64,000 nt of DNA from an uncultured Oligoflexus sp. GTDB lineage: Bacteria > Bdellovibrionota_B > Oligoflexia > Oligoflexales > Oligoflexaceae. The position numbers were made by a program, and so were the translations under genes. The notes below the pieces were generated by a model. The model was given only the letters and a program-made list of their open reading frames with translations, had not been told where the DNA came from and searched no databases. Where the stretch lies: assembly GCA_964236955.1 (NCBI GenBank), contig CAXSGP010000006.1, positions 1 through 64,000 of the forward strand, written 5' to 3'. Below, in pieces: positions 49,284 to 59,002 of this stretch. The stretch's first letter is position 1, and each line of letters opens with the position of its first letter.

Positions 49284-50435
49284 ATGCACAAACAATCGCA
49301 CTACGATATTGCCATAATAGGCTCAGGCATAACAGGCCTTTCTACCGCCTATCATCTGCTGAAGGCACAGGAACTTCGGGTCTGCATTTCCGGCGATGCG
49401 GACAGTAGCAGCCGGAGCAGCGCTAACATGATAGCGGGTGGTCTCATCGATAATTTTACCCGCATCGCCCAGCGGCATGGTCTCGACAAGGCCGAGAGGA
49501 CCTGGACTTATTCCAATCAGGCCTATGATGCCCTGATTGCCTTCGCGAAGGAGCATAAGCTCGCCACACAAATCGGTGCGCGCATTCGCCTCATCGAGAC
49601 GGAAGACGAACTTGCCGAATGCAAAAAAGCCATCGAGCAGCTTAAGGAGGCTGGCTTCAAAAGCACACTGGAACCCCCTCCAAAGGAGGCGAAGGGCCTG
49701 CTTGGGCAGCAGATCGATGCGCCGCGGGCGGCCGGACTTTCGGTTTTGGATCTGCTTAAACTTTTAGAAAAATTAACGGCCACGCTCGATCACCTCCCTA
49801 AAACGCTGGCCGTGCAAAAGGTGCCTCAAGGCTTTCAAATCACCACAGCCGAGGGGCCTATCACTGCCGAAGTCGTCATCTATGCCAACCACCTCGGTAT
49901 CGCCAACTTTCTTCCCGAGCTCAAGCCGATACTGGTCGGCTCGCAGGATCAATGGCTGCGGATGCGGACGACGAGCGGCGATTTTCCTTTTCCCGTGGGT
50001 AGCCTTTTAACCTGGCGCCACGGCCATTATTGGGCGCACCTGGAAAGTGCCAATCAACTGACCTTAGGTGGAGCTCGATTTTTGAGGCCGCTGGCAGGTT
50101 TTGAGGCGGACCATGCGGAATTGAGCGACAGGGTATCGAAGCATCTTCCTGAGGCATGGGCCAAGTATTTTCCTCAGTTAGCACTGAGCGAGTTGCTGGA
50201 GTCCAAAGCCGGACTCGATATCAGACCCTGCGATGAGATTCCGGTGATTGGCCCGATGTTTGGCGAAACGGGAATCTTTTTAGCTGCCGGCTATATGGGA
50301 CAGGGCCTTAGTCTGGGCTTCAAAGCTGGGCAATCGCTTGCAAACATAGTATTGGGTAAGCAGGACGAACTGCCCCGGTTTTTTTGGCCGGAAAGACATC
50401 GCAGTCTAGGCTCAGTCCGTGAAGAGGAAGAGTGA
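49284..50435 (+). CDS. FAD-dependent oxidoreductase (DAO/PuuB-like family)
   Basis: DIAIIGSGITG Rossmann motif; D.IPVIG..AAGYMGQG. Confidence 0.85.
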   Translation: MHKQSHYDIAIIGSGITGLSTAYHLLKAQELRVCISGDADSSSRSSANMIAGGLIDNFTRIAQRHGLDKAERTWTYSNQAYDALIAFAKEHKLATQIGARIRLIETEDELAECKKAIEQLKEAGFKSTLEPPPKEAKGLLGQQIDAPRAAGLSVLDLLKLLEKLTATLDHLPKTLAVQKVPQGFQITTAEGPITAEVVIYANHLGIANFLPELKPILVGSQDQWLRMRTTSGDFPFPVGSLLTWRHGHYWAHLESANQLTLGGARFLRPLAGFEADHAELSDRVSKHLPEAWAKYFPQLALSELLESKAGLDIRPCDEIPVIGPMFGETGIFLAAGYMGQGLSLGFKAGQSLANIVLGKQDELPRFFWPERHRSLGSVREEEE

Positions 50436-50436
50436 A

Positions 50437-50676
50437 ATGGCAAATAATCCGAACGTTCCGGCGCCTGCTCCATCCGCACGTATCGTGCGCTGCCCCATCT
50501 GTGGGAAGAGTACGCGTTACGATCAGACCAATCCTGATCGGCCGTTTTGCAGCAACCGTTGCAAGGTGATGGACATAGCCCAGTGGGCCGATGAGTCCTA
50601 TCGGGTCCCGACCAAGCCCGAACACAGTGATTCCGATCTTGAAATTCCCAGCCAAGACGATGAAGACGAGAACTGA
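50437..50676 (+). CDS. yacG: DNA gyrase inhibitor YacG
   Basis: CPICGK...RPFCSNRC..DIAQWA.ESY motif and an acidic tail. Confidence 0.92.
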   Translation: MANNPNVPAPAPSARIVRCPICGKSTRYDQTNPDRPFCSNRCKVMDIAQWADESYRVPTKPEHSDSDLEIPSQDDEDEN

Positions 50677-50686
50677 GGCGGGGACT

Positions 50687-50989
50687 CTAACGATCGGTCA
50701 TGATTTCGATATAGAGTTCCAACTCGTCATAATAAATCGTCTCGCTGAGGGTCAGGCGATTCTCCAGCATTCGGCATTGGACGGTAAGATCAGCAAGGAT
50801 GGCGTCGCGGTAGCTGTCTTTTTCTGCTTCGATCAATGCCCCCTGCCGCTCTAGTTTATGCAGGACGTGGTCGATGTCACTGACCTGCTTTTTGAGGACT
50901 TCAAGGCGTAGCTCGCGAAGCTCACGAATGGTATGAAGGGTTTCATCATCAATGGGACATTCAAATACAACGACGGCCATGGCCTTCAC
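50687..50989 (-). CDS. Hypothetical helical protein
   Basis: 100-aa ORF in a gene-sized gap, coiled-coil-like composition. Confidence 0.7.
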   Translation of the reverse strand: MKAMAVVVFECPIDDETLHTIRELRELRLEVLKKQVSDIDHVLHKLERQGALIEAEKDSYRDAILADLTVQCRMLENRLTLSETIYYDELELYIEIMTDR

Positions 50990-51050
50990 CCTTTCACTAG
51001 GAGCCCATTATGGGCTACCCACGAAAGTGCAACTAGCGCGCCAATACTAA

Positions 51051-51272
51051 CTAACCCAAGACGACGTCTTTGATCTCCGGGATTTTTTCCCGCAAAATTG
51101 GCACGATACCATTAAAAAGTGTGATCTGAGAGGAGGGGCAGCCCGAGCAGCCTCCAAAGAGTCGAAGTGTCACAATCCCATCATCAACGTCCAAAAGCTC
51201 ACAGCCACCCGCATGCAGCTCGAGCATGGGGTTAATGTCGCTGGCGATGATTTCTTTAATTTGCTCGATCAT
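51051..51272 (-). CDS. Stand-alone NifU/Nfu-domain Fe-S protein
   Basis: INP.L..HAGG...L.GGCSGCPSS..TL motif. Confidence 0.92.
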   Translation of the reverse strand: MIEQIKEIIASDINPMLELHAGGCELLDVDDGIVTLRLFGGCSGCPSSQITLFNGIVPILREKIPEIKDVVLG

Positions 51273-51303
51273 AGACCGAATCCTTTATACTTAAGTATTT
51301 GTT

Positions 51304-52263
51304 TTATTTATTGAATAAAAGAACTAGTCCACGGATTGCCGCCTGCCCCATCGCCGCTATGGCCTGCTCGCTGTTGCCCGCCGTATGCGGGGTTCCCAGC
51401 AAACCCTCTGACGCCGCCAATTCTTTATCATGAAGGGGCTCCTGTTCGAAGACGTCTAACGCAGCACCAGCAATATGTCCACTGCTTAGCCCCTTCTTCA
51501 CGCTGTCCAGACTTATAACCGCCCCGCGACTCGTATTGACAAGGAAAAGTCCCGCCCGGCTACGCGAAAGCTCCCTATCCGCAAACATTCTATAAGTCTG
51601 ATCGGTAAGGGGAACATGAAAACTCAAGAGTTCGGCCCAACTTATTATATCATCATAGTCAAGTCTTTGAATTCCAAATGAAGTTTCAAGTTCAGGCTTG
51701 GCCACGAGATCACAGTAGGCAAGCTCTGCGCCCAGCAGCTGAAGAAGGGCGGCGACCTTGGATCCGACATGTCCCATGCCGATGATGCCAACCTTCATGC
51801 CCGCTAGGCTCCGGCCCCCATCCTTATTCCATAGGCCGGCGGCCAATTTGTGAGAATTTTGACAGATCTTACGGCACATACCAAGAATCAAGCCCAGGGT
51901 ATGCTCGGCGACAGCCAGGCTATTGACTCCAGATTCATGATAGACGGCAACTCCGCGGGCGGCACAGGCAGCAAAATCAATATTATCAACACCCACGCCA
52001 TACTTAGATACGCATAGCAGCTGTGGGAAGCCAGCAAGTTCAGCCGCCGACACCGGCTCGCCCCCGACCAGCCAGGCTTTCACGGCAGCTGCAAAGTGAG
52101 GATCAGCCAGCTGCTGGCGCTGGAGAGGATCGCGTAGATCAAGATAATGGATGCGCAGCGTTGGAAGTTTGAGGGCCAAGTCCTCGCGAAGGGCGGCGCT
52201 GCGCATGAAACTCGTTGCCGTAACGATCAGGATCGAAGCGAGAGAAGCCAAAGGTGCAGCCAT
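51304..52263 (-). CDS. D-isomer-specific 2-hydroxyacid dehydrogenase (SerA-like, no ACT domain)
   Basis: GVGVDNID, VAEH, GMGHVG, NTSRG, DVFEQEP and TPH motifs. Confidence 0.9.
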   Translation of the reverse strand: MAAPLASLASILIVTATSFMRSAALREDLALKLPTLRIHYLDLRDPLQRQQLADPHFAAAVKAWLVGGEPVSAAELAGFPQLLCVSKYGVGVDNIDFAACAARGVAVYHESGVNSLAVAEHTLGLILGMCRKICQNSHKLAAGLWNKDGGRSLAGMKVGIIGMGHVGSKVAALLQLLGAELAYCDLVAKPELETSFGIQRLDYDDIISWAELLSFHVPLTDQTYRMFADRELSRSRAGLFLVNTSRGAVISLDSVKKGLSSGHIAGAALDVFEQEPLHDKELAASEGLLGTPHTAGNSEQAIAAMGQAAIRGLVLLFNK

Positions 52264-52274
52264 GGCTTTTTAGC

Positions 52275-53204
52275 CTAATACAAGAGGAAGACAAGGCGAT
52301 CGATCGTCAATGCACCGAAGACACCAAAAAGATAAAAGCACGAATAATAGAAAAGGGGCATCGCGCGCTGATTTTCTTTGGTCGCATACAGCTTATAGGC
52401 CAGCCACACAAAATAAAAGGTAAGGGCTCCCGCGATCACCCCGTAGATCCAACCGGCCACGCCAAAAACGGAGAGGGACAGAACACAAGGAATAAGAAGG
52501 GTACTGTAGAAGAAAATCTGCTTACGCGTGACTTCAAGTCCCTTAACAGTTGGCAGCATAGGAATATTAGCCCGCGCATAGTCATCTTTATATTTGATCG
52601 CAAGCGACCAAAAGTGAGGGGGCGTCCAAAGAAAAATAATGCCAAAAAGCACCCATGCTGGCCATTCCAACGTGCCCTTAACCGCAGCCCAGCCGATCAG
52701 GGGTCCCACACAGCCTGCAGCGCCACCGATCACAATATTCTGCACCGTCCGTCTTTTAAGATACATAGTGTAAACAACGACATAGAGAAAATTTGCAGCA
52801 ACGCCAAGCCAAGCAGCCAGCGGGGTCGCAAACTTATAGAGGAGGGCAAAAGAGGCCAAGCCCATGGTAACCGCAAAGAGCCCAGCCTTGCCCGTACTTA
52901 TCCTGCCGGCAGGGATGGGACGGGTTCGGGTGCGCTTCATATGTTGATCGATATCGGAATCGACAAGGTGGTTAAAGATTGCTGCCGAGCCCGACGCCAA
53001 AAAGGTTCCTAGCAAGGCTACCAATGCAAGCTGCAGGCTTGGTAATTCCCTTTGCGTCAGAAAAAGCGCGGGAATCACGGTTACGACAACCAAAAGGGAA
53101 ATCGTTGGTTTGGTCATTTGAAAGTAACTGCGCCAGTCGAGTGGCACCGCAGGTGATGCCGGGTCAGCAAAAGGGAAAGACTGAGCTGTACTTTTGTGTT
53201 CCAT
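52275..53204 (-). CDS. cyoE: Protoheme IX farnesyltransferase (heme o synthase)
   Basis: TKP, DIDQHMKRTRTRP, YT..LKRRT.QNIVIGG and WTPPHFW motifs. Confidence 0.96.
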   Translation of the reverse strand: MEHKSTAQSFPFADPASPAVPLDWRSYFQMTKPTISLLVVVTVIPALFLTQRELPSLQLALVALLGTFLASGSAAIFNHLVDSDIDQHMKRTRTRPIPAGRISTGKAGLFAVTMGLASFALLYKFATPLAAWLGVAANFLYVVVYTMYLKRRTVQNIVIGGAAGCVGPLIGWAAVKGTLEWPAWVLFGIIFLWTPPHFWSLAIKYKDDYARANIPMLPTVKGLEVTRKQIFFYSTLLIPCVLSLSVFGVAGWIYGVIAGALTFYFVWLAYKLYATKENQRAMPLFYYSCFYLFGVFGALTIDRLVFLLY

Positions 53205-53364
53205 AAAGAATCCTCGATGCAGAATCGTGCCTATCTTCCATCAGCTGCGCTGCCAGAGTCGTATTTTAATAAGAAGAGGCGATAAACACAGACGCTGCAT
53301 ACCGCCTATGACTCGCGCAGGATAGATCAAACATAAACATCGATCGAAAATTTCGCTTGGCCTC

Positions 53365-53505
53365 TTAGAAAGGCGACGCGATATCCATCCAAATGGGAAT
53401 CCACACACAGAGAAAGAAGAGGATAGGGAATAGAAACATCATAAAGACAAGAGTCAACCAACCCTTTTGTTCCCGTTGCTGCGTTGCAAGATCTTTGCTT
53501 GACAT
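53365..53505 (-). CDS. Small single-TM protein (46 aa), absent from the ORF track
   Basis: MSSKDLATQQREQKGWLTLVFMMFLFPILFFLCVWIPIWMDIASPF. GAGGT SD; extended -10 TGGTAGAAT at 53541-53549. Confidence 0.7.
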   Translation of the reverse strand: MSSKDLATQQREQKGWLTLVFMMFLFPILFFLCVWIPIWMDIASPF

Positions 53506-53635
53506 GAATTACCTCGTGCAGAGTGGACTCAAATAAAGGGATTCTACCATGTTCCGATCGAACCCCCTTTCTATCACGGACTTTTTAAGTGCAAAAGAGC
53601 TATTGCAGAGAATCGAAGGTTCCAGGCGGATCGAT

Positions 53636-55921
53636 TTATTCGGCGGCACCAAGCCATCGGTACACTTCCAGATTCCGCCAAACATTCTTAACATAGGAAC
53701 TTGTTTCACCAAAACTAAGGCCTTCAGCCCAGACTGTTAAATCTGGCGCATCGCGTCGCAGCATCCATGTATCGACGACATATTCCCCTGCGTTATAAGC
53801 AGCTATCGCCCGCGGCCATTTATTTTGATAGCGCTTGCCAAGTTTGGCCAGATAAAGGGAGCCAAGTTGGATATTCAACTCCGGCTGTCGTAAACGTTCC
53901 CTCATATCTTTAGTGCTGATGCCCTGCGAGCGTGCCAGCTCCTGAGCCGTTGCGGGCATGAGTTGCATCAGGCCGATCGCGCCGACCGGGGAGGTGACCT
54001 CAGGCCGAAAGCTGCTCTCTTGGCGGGCAATGCCCCAGATCAGCGGGGCTTCGATAAAATTGCTTTGGGCATATCGGGCCACCTCACTCCTGTAGGGCCT
54101 TGGGAAAAAGATCAGCAGCTGTTCCGGATAGTCCTCCCAAAGACCGGCATGCCTCTGGCTCAAGTCCGAACTGAGACTGATGGCCAGAATATGCTGCTGA
54201 GCCATCTCAAAGAGACGGCTGGCATAAAGGCTGGGCTCGACCTCAGCCATCAGTTTGGGTTTGGCGTTGATCTGATCAAAAAGCTCCTGGCCGAGGCCTG
54301 TGTAGTAGGCTGTGAGCTTAGCGCCAACGGCAGCTTCAAGTCGATGAAACCTGCGGATCGCTTCGGCATCCTGGCCGTAAGCGCCCCAGGCAAAGTTAGC
54401 CAATTTGGAAAGCTTGGAAGCCTTTACCCTTTTAAAGGGATCGCTCCATTTCCTCTCTGGATCGATTTGCGGCACGGCGACCACCGAGTAGAAACTCAGC
54501 GGACTTATCCTTTGCAGCTCTTCAAAGGCAGCATCGGCTGAACTTTTTTGATTGAGCTCCCAGTGGGCGCGGCCCTGCCAATAGAGCGCCTTAATCCGGA
54601 GGCTATCCTCAAGCTTTTCCCGCAGAAAGACATCCCAGGCTTTGATAGCCTCAACCTTATCGCCCTTACGATACTGATACCAGCCCTCCGACCATTCGAG
54701 ACGCTGCCGCCATTCGGTTGAAATTTCTGGAGTTTCGAGCGCAAGCTTATTGAAGGACAAGGCCGTAGTAAAATCGAGCTGCTCATAGGCCACACGTGAG
54801 CTAAGGATATGCATGCCATCGCTTTTTAAATCGATGGCTGCCTGAGTATCCTTGGCGTCTTGATTCAGACTTTGTAACAGCGGAATGCCGTCAAGACCTT
54901 CATGAGCTGCTATTTTCGCCCGCTCATAATCGCCGAGCATCGCCCGATTGCGGGCCACCCAGTAGAGGCTTTCAATCAATCTTTTTTGCTTTTCAAAGGC
55001 TGACCATTTCAAAAGATCGAGCGGAAGATCGCTGCTCTTTAAAAGTTGCGATTGGTTCTGATAGGCATCCGCAGCCCCTTTGCGATCGCCAATCGCCTTC
55101 AGCGTCTGAATCTGTAGCTCGGCTGCACGCACCGCCCGAGCCCTGTCCGCAGCCTCAGCCGATAATTCGGCCACGGCTTGCTTAAAGAACACGCTGGCTT
55201 TATTGGGCTCGCCTTCACAGTTGGCCAGTAGCCCGTTCCAGTAGATGCGTTGGGCCTCGCTCAGCCCGCTTACCCACATTAACCATTTGTTATCAAGACT
55301 TTTGCCACATACAGCCTGGGCTCGAGCTTCCCAAAACACCGCATCGGAGCGATTATAGTTCTCAGGGCTTGGCAGCGGGGCCGGCGGCGTAAAAGCATCC
55401 GCCTTGGGTCCAAGGAAACCTTGAAATTTTCGAGTCAGTGCCTTTTTGGTAGTCAGCGCCTGTTTCTTTAAAAAGGCGCTGTCCTCACCTTCATTGGTGG
55501 CGGCCAAAAGAATGCGCGCGAGCGCTTCGGGGCTTGTGCCACTTGCTGGATCCGCCTTGGCTTGCACAGCAACCCATCGCTGCAGGGAGACCTTGCCCAC
55601 CGCACCCGAATCTAGCTTTAATGCCCTGAGCCAGAGCTGTGAGGCCTGGTCCCAGGCCATGCTCTCCTCGGCAACTTCAGCCTTGACGACCGCCAGGAGA
55701 TCCTCAACATAAACCCGCAGGGTCGGCTCTTCTTTCAAAAGTTTTTCCAGATCGGCCTGCTGCTGCGACCAACTTGCTTCGCGCTGAACTTTAGCCACCA
55801 GCTCTATGGGAAAGAGGGCGTGGTGGGAATCGGTCGAGCAGGCGGCGGCGCTCAGCAGAAGACTGCCGAGCAGCCCCTGCCTAAAAAGCCGCCGCGTCGG
55901 GAATAAACCGAACTTAACCAT
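53636..55921 (-). CDS. slt: Soluble lytic transglycosylase (Slt70-like) lipoprotein with TPR-like helices
   Basis: IARQES, SPVGAIGLMQLMP and AAYNAG, GET..YV motifs; lipobox AAAC. Confidence 0.9.
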   Translation of the reverse strand: MVKFGLFPTRRLFRQGLLGSLLLSAAACSTDSHHALFPIELVAKVQREASWSQQQADLEKLLKEEPTLRVYVEDLLAVVKAEVAEESMAWDQASQLWLRALKLDSGAVGKVSLQRWVAVQAKADPASGTSPEALARILLAATNEGEDSAFLKKQALTTKKALTRKFQGFLGPKADAFTPPAPLPSPENYNRSDAVFWEARAQAVCGKSLDNKWLMWVSGLSEAQRIYWNGLLANCEGEPNKASVFFKQAVAELSAEAADRARAVRAAELQIQTLKAIGDRKGAADAYQNQSQLLKSSDLPLDLLKWSAFEKQKRLIESLYWVARNRAMLGDYERAKIAAHEGLDGIPLLQSLNQDAKDTQAAIDLKSDGMHILSSRVAYEQLDFTTALSFNKLALETPEISTEWRQRLEWSEGWYQYRKGDKVEAIKAWDVFLREKLEDSLRIKALYWQGRAHWELNQKSSADAAFEELQRISPLSFYSVVAVPQIDPERKWSDPFKRVKASKLSKLANFAWGAYGQDAEAIRRFHRLEAAVGAKLTAYYTGLGQELFDQINAKPKLMAEVEPSLYASRLFEMAQQHILAISLSSDLSQRHAGLWEDYPEQLLIFFPRPYRSEVARYAQSNFIEAPLIWGIARQESSFRPEVTSPVGAIGLMQLMPATAQELARSQGISTKDMRERLRQPELNIQLGSLYLAKLGKRYQNKWPRAIAAYNAGEYVVDTWMLRRDAPDLTVWAEGLSFGETSSYVKNVWRNLEVYRWLGAAE

Positions 55922-56936
55922 AAAGAGAACCCTTCACAACCGTGCCTTCAAGACTCACTGACCCATCCAGTATTTTACCGCCGGCCTGCACCAAAGCGTG
56001 ACTGACATCCTCACGCACGTTGGGATCGGCAAAAACCGCCATCACGCCGCCACCACCGGCACCACAGAGGCGCGAGAACATAGCACCTTTACTCTTGGCG
56101 GCATGGGCAATGGCCCGGGTCTCTGCCGTTTCAATATCGGTCCATAATTTTATCCGCAAATTCCATTCATCTGCCGATAGTTTAAAGACATCTTTCCAGG
56201 CACCCTCACGCACGGCGTTGGCCATATTGGTCGCTATCAAACCCATGTCGTTGAGTATGGCAAGCGTGACTTTATCGCCTTCAAAGGCTTTGTTAAAGAT
56301 CGCCCAGTTGTTTTTACCCGAGGCGCGCGACACTCCGCTGTAACAGAGGATGAGCATATCCTTAAGGGCCAAGATATCGCTACCCCGCAGCGTTTCCACC
56401 GCAGTGCCCCCGAGCGGGTAGCTGATGAGGTTGATGCCGCCGCGCAGGCCACCCCAATAATCCTGACAGCCCGTAGGCACACGAATCACAGCGGTTTCCA
56501 CATCCTGTACCGTCTGCACGAGTTCACTGTCGCTCAGTAAGAGGGGCAACCCAATTTCCGTGCGGGCCTTTAACAGCGCTGAAGCAAAGGCTATCGCAAG
56601 GCAGGAGGAACCACCAAGGCCTGCGCCGGCTGGCGATTTTGCCTGCACCTCGATCTTCAATGCCGGCAGCGTCTGATGCCAAAAGCAGTGTAAAATTTTG
56701 CTGAAGAGCGGCAGACGCGTATCCTCCATCACCGCGGCCCAGGTGCCGACGAGTTCGAGCTTTTGATCGACGCTTTTGATATGGTAGCCCTCGCCACAGG
56801 CGCTGACGTTGACCTGGGCATCGAGGGTTATCCCAAAATTCACCGTGGCCTTATGCTGAAGGATTCGGGTCAAGGGTGCGATATCAAGCGTTCCACCTGC
56901 TAGATCAACACGAGTAGGGCTGCGAGCTATTATCAC
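55914..56936 (-). CDS. GHMP-family sugar kinase (HddA/fucokinase-like)
   Basis: PTRVDLAGGTLD, PAGAGLGGSS, TGCQD and CGAGGGG motifs. Confidence 0.9.
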   Translation of the reverse strand: MIIARSPTRVDLAGGTLDIAPLTRILQHKATVNFGITLDAQVNVSACGEGYHIKSVDQKLELVGTWAAVMEDTRLPLFSKILHCFWHQTLPALKIEVQAKSPAGAGLGGSSCLAIAFASALLKARTEIGLPLLLSDSELVQTVQDVETAVIRVPTGCQDYWGGLRGGINLISYPLGGTAVETLRGSDILALKDMLILCYSGVSRASGKNNWAIFNKAFEGDKVTLAILNDMGLIATNMANAVREGAWKDVFKLSADEWNLRIKLWTDIETAETRAIAHAAKSKGAMFSRLCGAGGGGVMAVFADPNVREDVSHALVQAGGKILDGSVSLEGTVVKGSLYG

Positions 56937-57092
56937 CTGATGGTCTCCCTTAATTTCGACGCTTTTCGTTTCTGGCCTTGGGCTGCTTTTAAGCTCTATG
57001 CTAAACTATACCGAAAGCATTTGAGGCATCCCAACACCAAAGTGCAGTGGCCCTCCAGAAAGAACGTTCCCTCTGCCTTGAAGGTCACCCCT

Positions 57093-57611
57093 ATGACGCG
57101 TCATATAAGTTCTTTTTCTACAAAGAAATTCATCTGCTCGTGGGATCTCGATCCCAAACGAAGCGACGCTACCAAGCTTAACCTTGAGCGATTCTTAAAG
57201 CTTTTACCAGCCCTCGAGTGGAAGAAGGTAAAGGGCCTCGAGGATAAAAATTTTCTGCCCTGTGACCTGGCTGTCGTCTATGCCTGGCATCTCGACCAAA
57301 TCGAGCTGCAGTCCTGGCTTGAAAATTTTGAAAAACGATGGAAGAAACAAAGCGCGATTTGGATCCCGGCCCTGATAGTATCCCCCCTTGATATCGGCGA
57401 TCTTGTCAACAGCATGGATAGCATATGGGCGTCGAATTGGTATTTTGATATCATTCACCCTGATCATTTTCTAAGTTTACCCGTCCGCATCGCCAACCTG
57501 CTGCGCATCCATGATCATTTGCATGAGCTCGGACGCTATGAAACGGAGATGAGACTGATGCGCGACAATATTGCCAGGATCGAAAAACAACTTGTCGACA
57601 TGAAGGTATAA
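57093..57611 (+). CDS. Hypothetical protein, degenerate receiver-like domain plus coiled coil
   Basis: IPALIVS...DIIHP...LPVRIANLLRI resembles the REC C-terminus and signalling helix. ATG at 57093. Confidence 0.6.
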   Translation: MTRHISSFSTKKFICSWDLDPKRSDATKLNLERFLKLLPALEWKKVKGLEDKNFLPCDLAVVYAWHLDQIELQSWLENFEKRWKKQSAIWIPALIVSPLDIGDLVNSMDSIWASNWYFDIIHPDHFLSLPVRIANLLRIHDHLHELGRYETEMRLMRDNIARIEKQLVDMKV

Positions 57612-57619
57612 GGACAACC

Positions 57620-57919
57620 GTGAGCTATATACCGACCGAACAACTCGATGGCGCCAACCTCATCGCCCAATTCATCATCGAATATCGGGCGCGGGGTCAT
57701 TTTTTACCCTATGATGATCATCTCCTCGTGAAAAAATGGATAGGACAGGCGGGTGATGTCGATACGCTGCTCCTCGTGCTGTCCGACATTATTCCAAAGT
57801 TCTTCCAAGGAGCGGCGGCTCAAAGTAAGCATCCTCCTGCACTGGCGCGATTGGATAGGAGGGTGCTGCAGATACTTAAAGCCCGTCGCAAAAATCAGAT
57901 GCCTATGCTTGAGGCGTAA
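57620..57919 (+). CDS. Hypothetical protein
   Basis: AAGGA SD before GTG; sits in an operon position. Confidence 0.75.
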   Translation: MSYIPTEQLDGANLIAQFIIEYRARGHFLPYDDHLLVKKWIGQAGDVDTLLLVLSDIIPKFFQGAAAQSKHPPALARLDRRVLQILKARRKNQMPMLEA

Positions 57920-57947
57920 TACTGACGATTTCATTTAAGAGGTGTGC

Positions 57948-58286
57948 ATGAAGCTGAATCCCGCTCTAAGCCCGATTAATGATGATTCCCTGAAGACTTA
58001 TCTCGCTGAAAAAAAAGCCCCCCTGCTCGTCTCATTTTGGGCCCCCTGGAGCACCAGCTGTCAGATCCTTGAACAAACCCTCAATGAACTCGCCCAGGAT
58101 TATCTTAAACGGGTCCAGATTGCCGTCCTGAATATTGACGAAAATGCCCATTCACCCGCCGAATATGGCATCAAATCGATACCTCACCTCCTCCTCTTCG
58201 ATCAGGGCGAAATCGTCGCCAGTTTTTCGGGTGCACAACCTAAGAATAAGCTCGTGGAAATTCTTGAAACGCACCTATCCTCCTGA
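57948..58286 (+). CDS. Thioredoxin-like protein with an SxxC site
   Basis: LVSFWAPWSTSC, NIDEN, YGIKSIP and GAQPK motifs. Confidence 0.88.
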   Translation: MKLNPALSPINDDSLKTYLAEKKAPLLVSFWAPWSTSCQILEQTLNELAQDYLKRVQIAVLNIDENAHSPAEYGIKSIPHLLLFDQGEIVASFSGAQPKNKLVEILETHLSS

Positions 58287-58336
58287 CCTCGACTTCTGTT
58301 AGATTTTCCTCCGCTGGAACCTATGGCTGAGGACGA

Positions 58337-59002
58337 GTGATGAAGGGCGCGATTGAAAAGAAAAGTCTGCAAAAGGATCGCCGACTGATCGGCGTCGATG
58401 AGGTTGGTCGCGGCTGTCTTGCGGGTCCGGTTTATGCCGCCATCGCTGCCCTGGATTACGAAAAGATCGATGCCCTGGATAAGACCACCCGCAGTCTCAT
58501 TCGGGATTCCAAAAAACTGTCATCGAAGCAAAGACAAAAAATTCTGCCGATTCTTGAGCAGGTTTGTATCGAATGGGGCCTCGGCCATGCCAGCGAACGT
58601 GAGATCGAAACTTTGGGCATTGTAGCGGCCACTTTTTTAGCGATGAAACGCGCCTATCTCAATCTCAAGGATAGCTATGATCTGCTCCTGATCGATGGTA
58701 ACCAGCGGCATCCCGATATGCCGATGGAACAGCTCACGGTGGTGGGTGGTGATAGCCTCTGCTATGCAATTGCCGCCGCGTCTATCCTGGCCAAAGAGGC
58801 CCGAGATGCCGTGATGCGCGCCGCCCATGAGCAGTTTCCTCAGTATGGCTTTATTGATCATGTTGGCTATGGCACAAAAAGTCATTTGCAAGCCCTCAAC
58901 GAACACGGCATTAGTCCCTTGCATCGGCGCACGTTCGCCCCGATTCGCTCTATGCTAAAGGTAGATGTCACGGTTGAGTTGGGCCAAGGGAGAGAAGTCT
59001 GA
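58337..59002 (+). CDS. rnhB: Ribonuclease HII
   Basis: GVDEVGRG, DSKKL, IDGN, AAASILAK and HRRTF motifs. Confidence 0.97.
   Translation: MMKGAIEKKSLQKDRRLIGVDEVGRGCLAGPVYAAIAALDYEKIDALDKTTRSLIRDSKKLSSKQRQKILPILEQVCIEWGLGHASEREIETLGIVAATFLAMKRAYLNLKDSYDLLLIDGNQRHPDMPMEQLTVVGGDSLCYAIAAASILAKEARDAVMRAAHEQFPQYGFIDHVGYGTKSHLQALNEHGISPLHRRTFAPIRSMLKVDVTVELGQGREV

Noticed and set aside
674..54541. Long antisense or alternate-frame ORFs (e.g. 674-1372, 9978-10787, 34452-35222, 52254-53012)
   Set aside because: Shadow ORFs of well-supported genes, with no motifs of their own.
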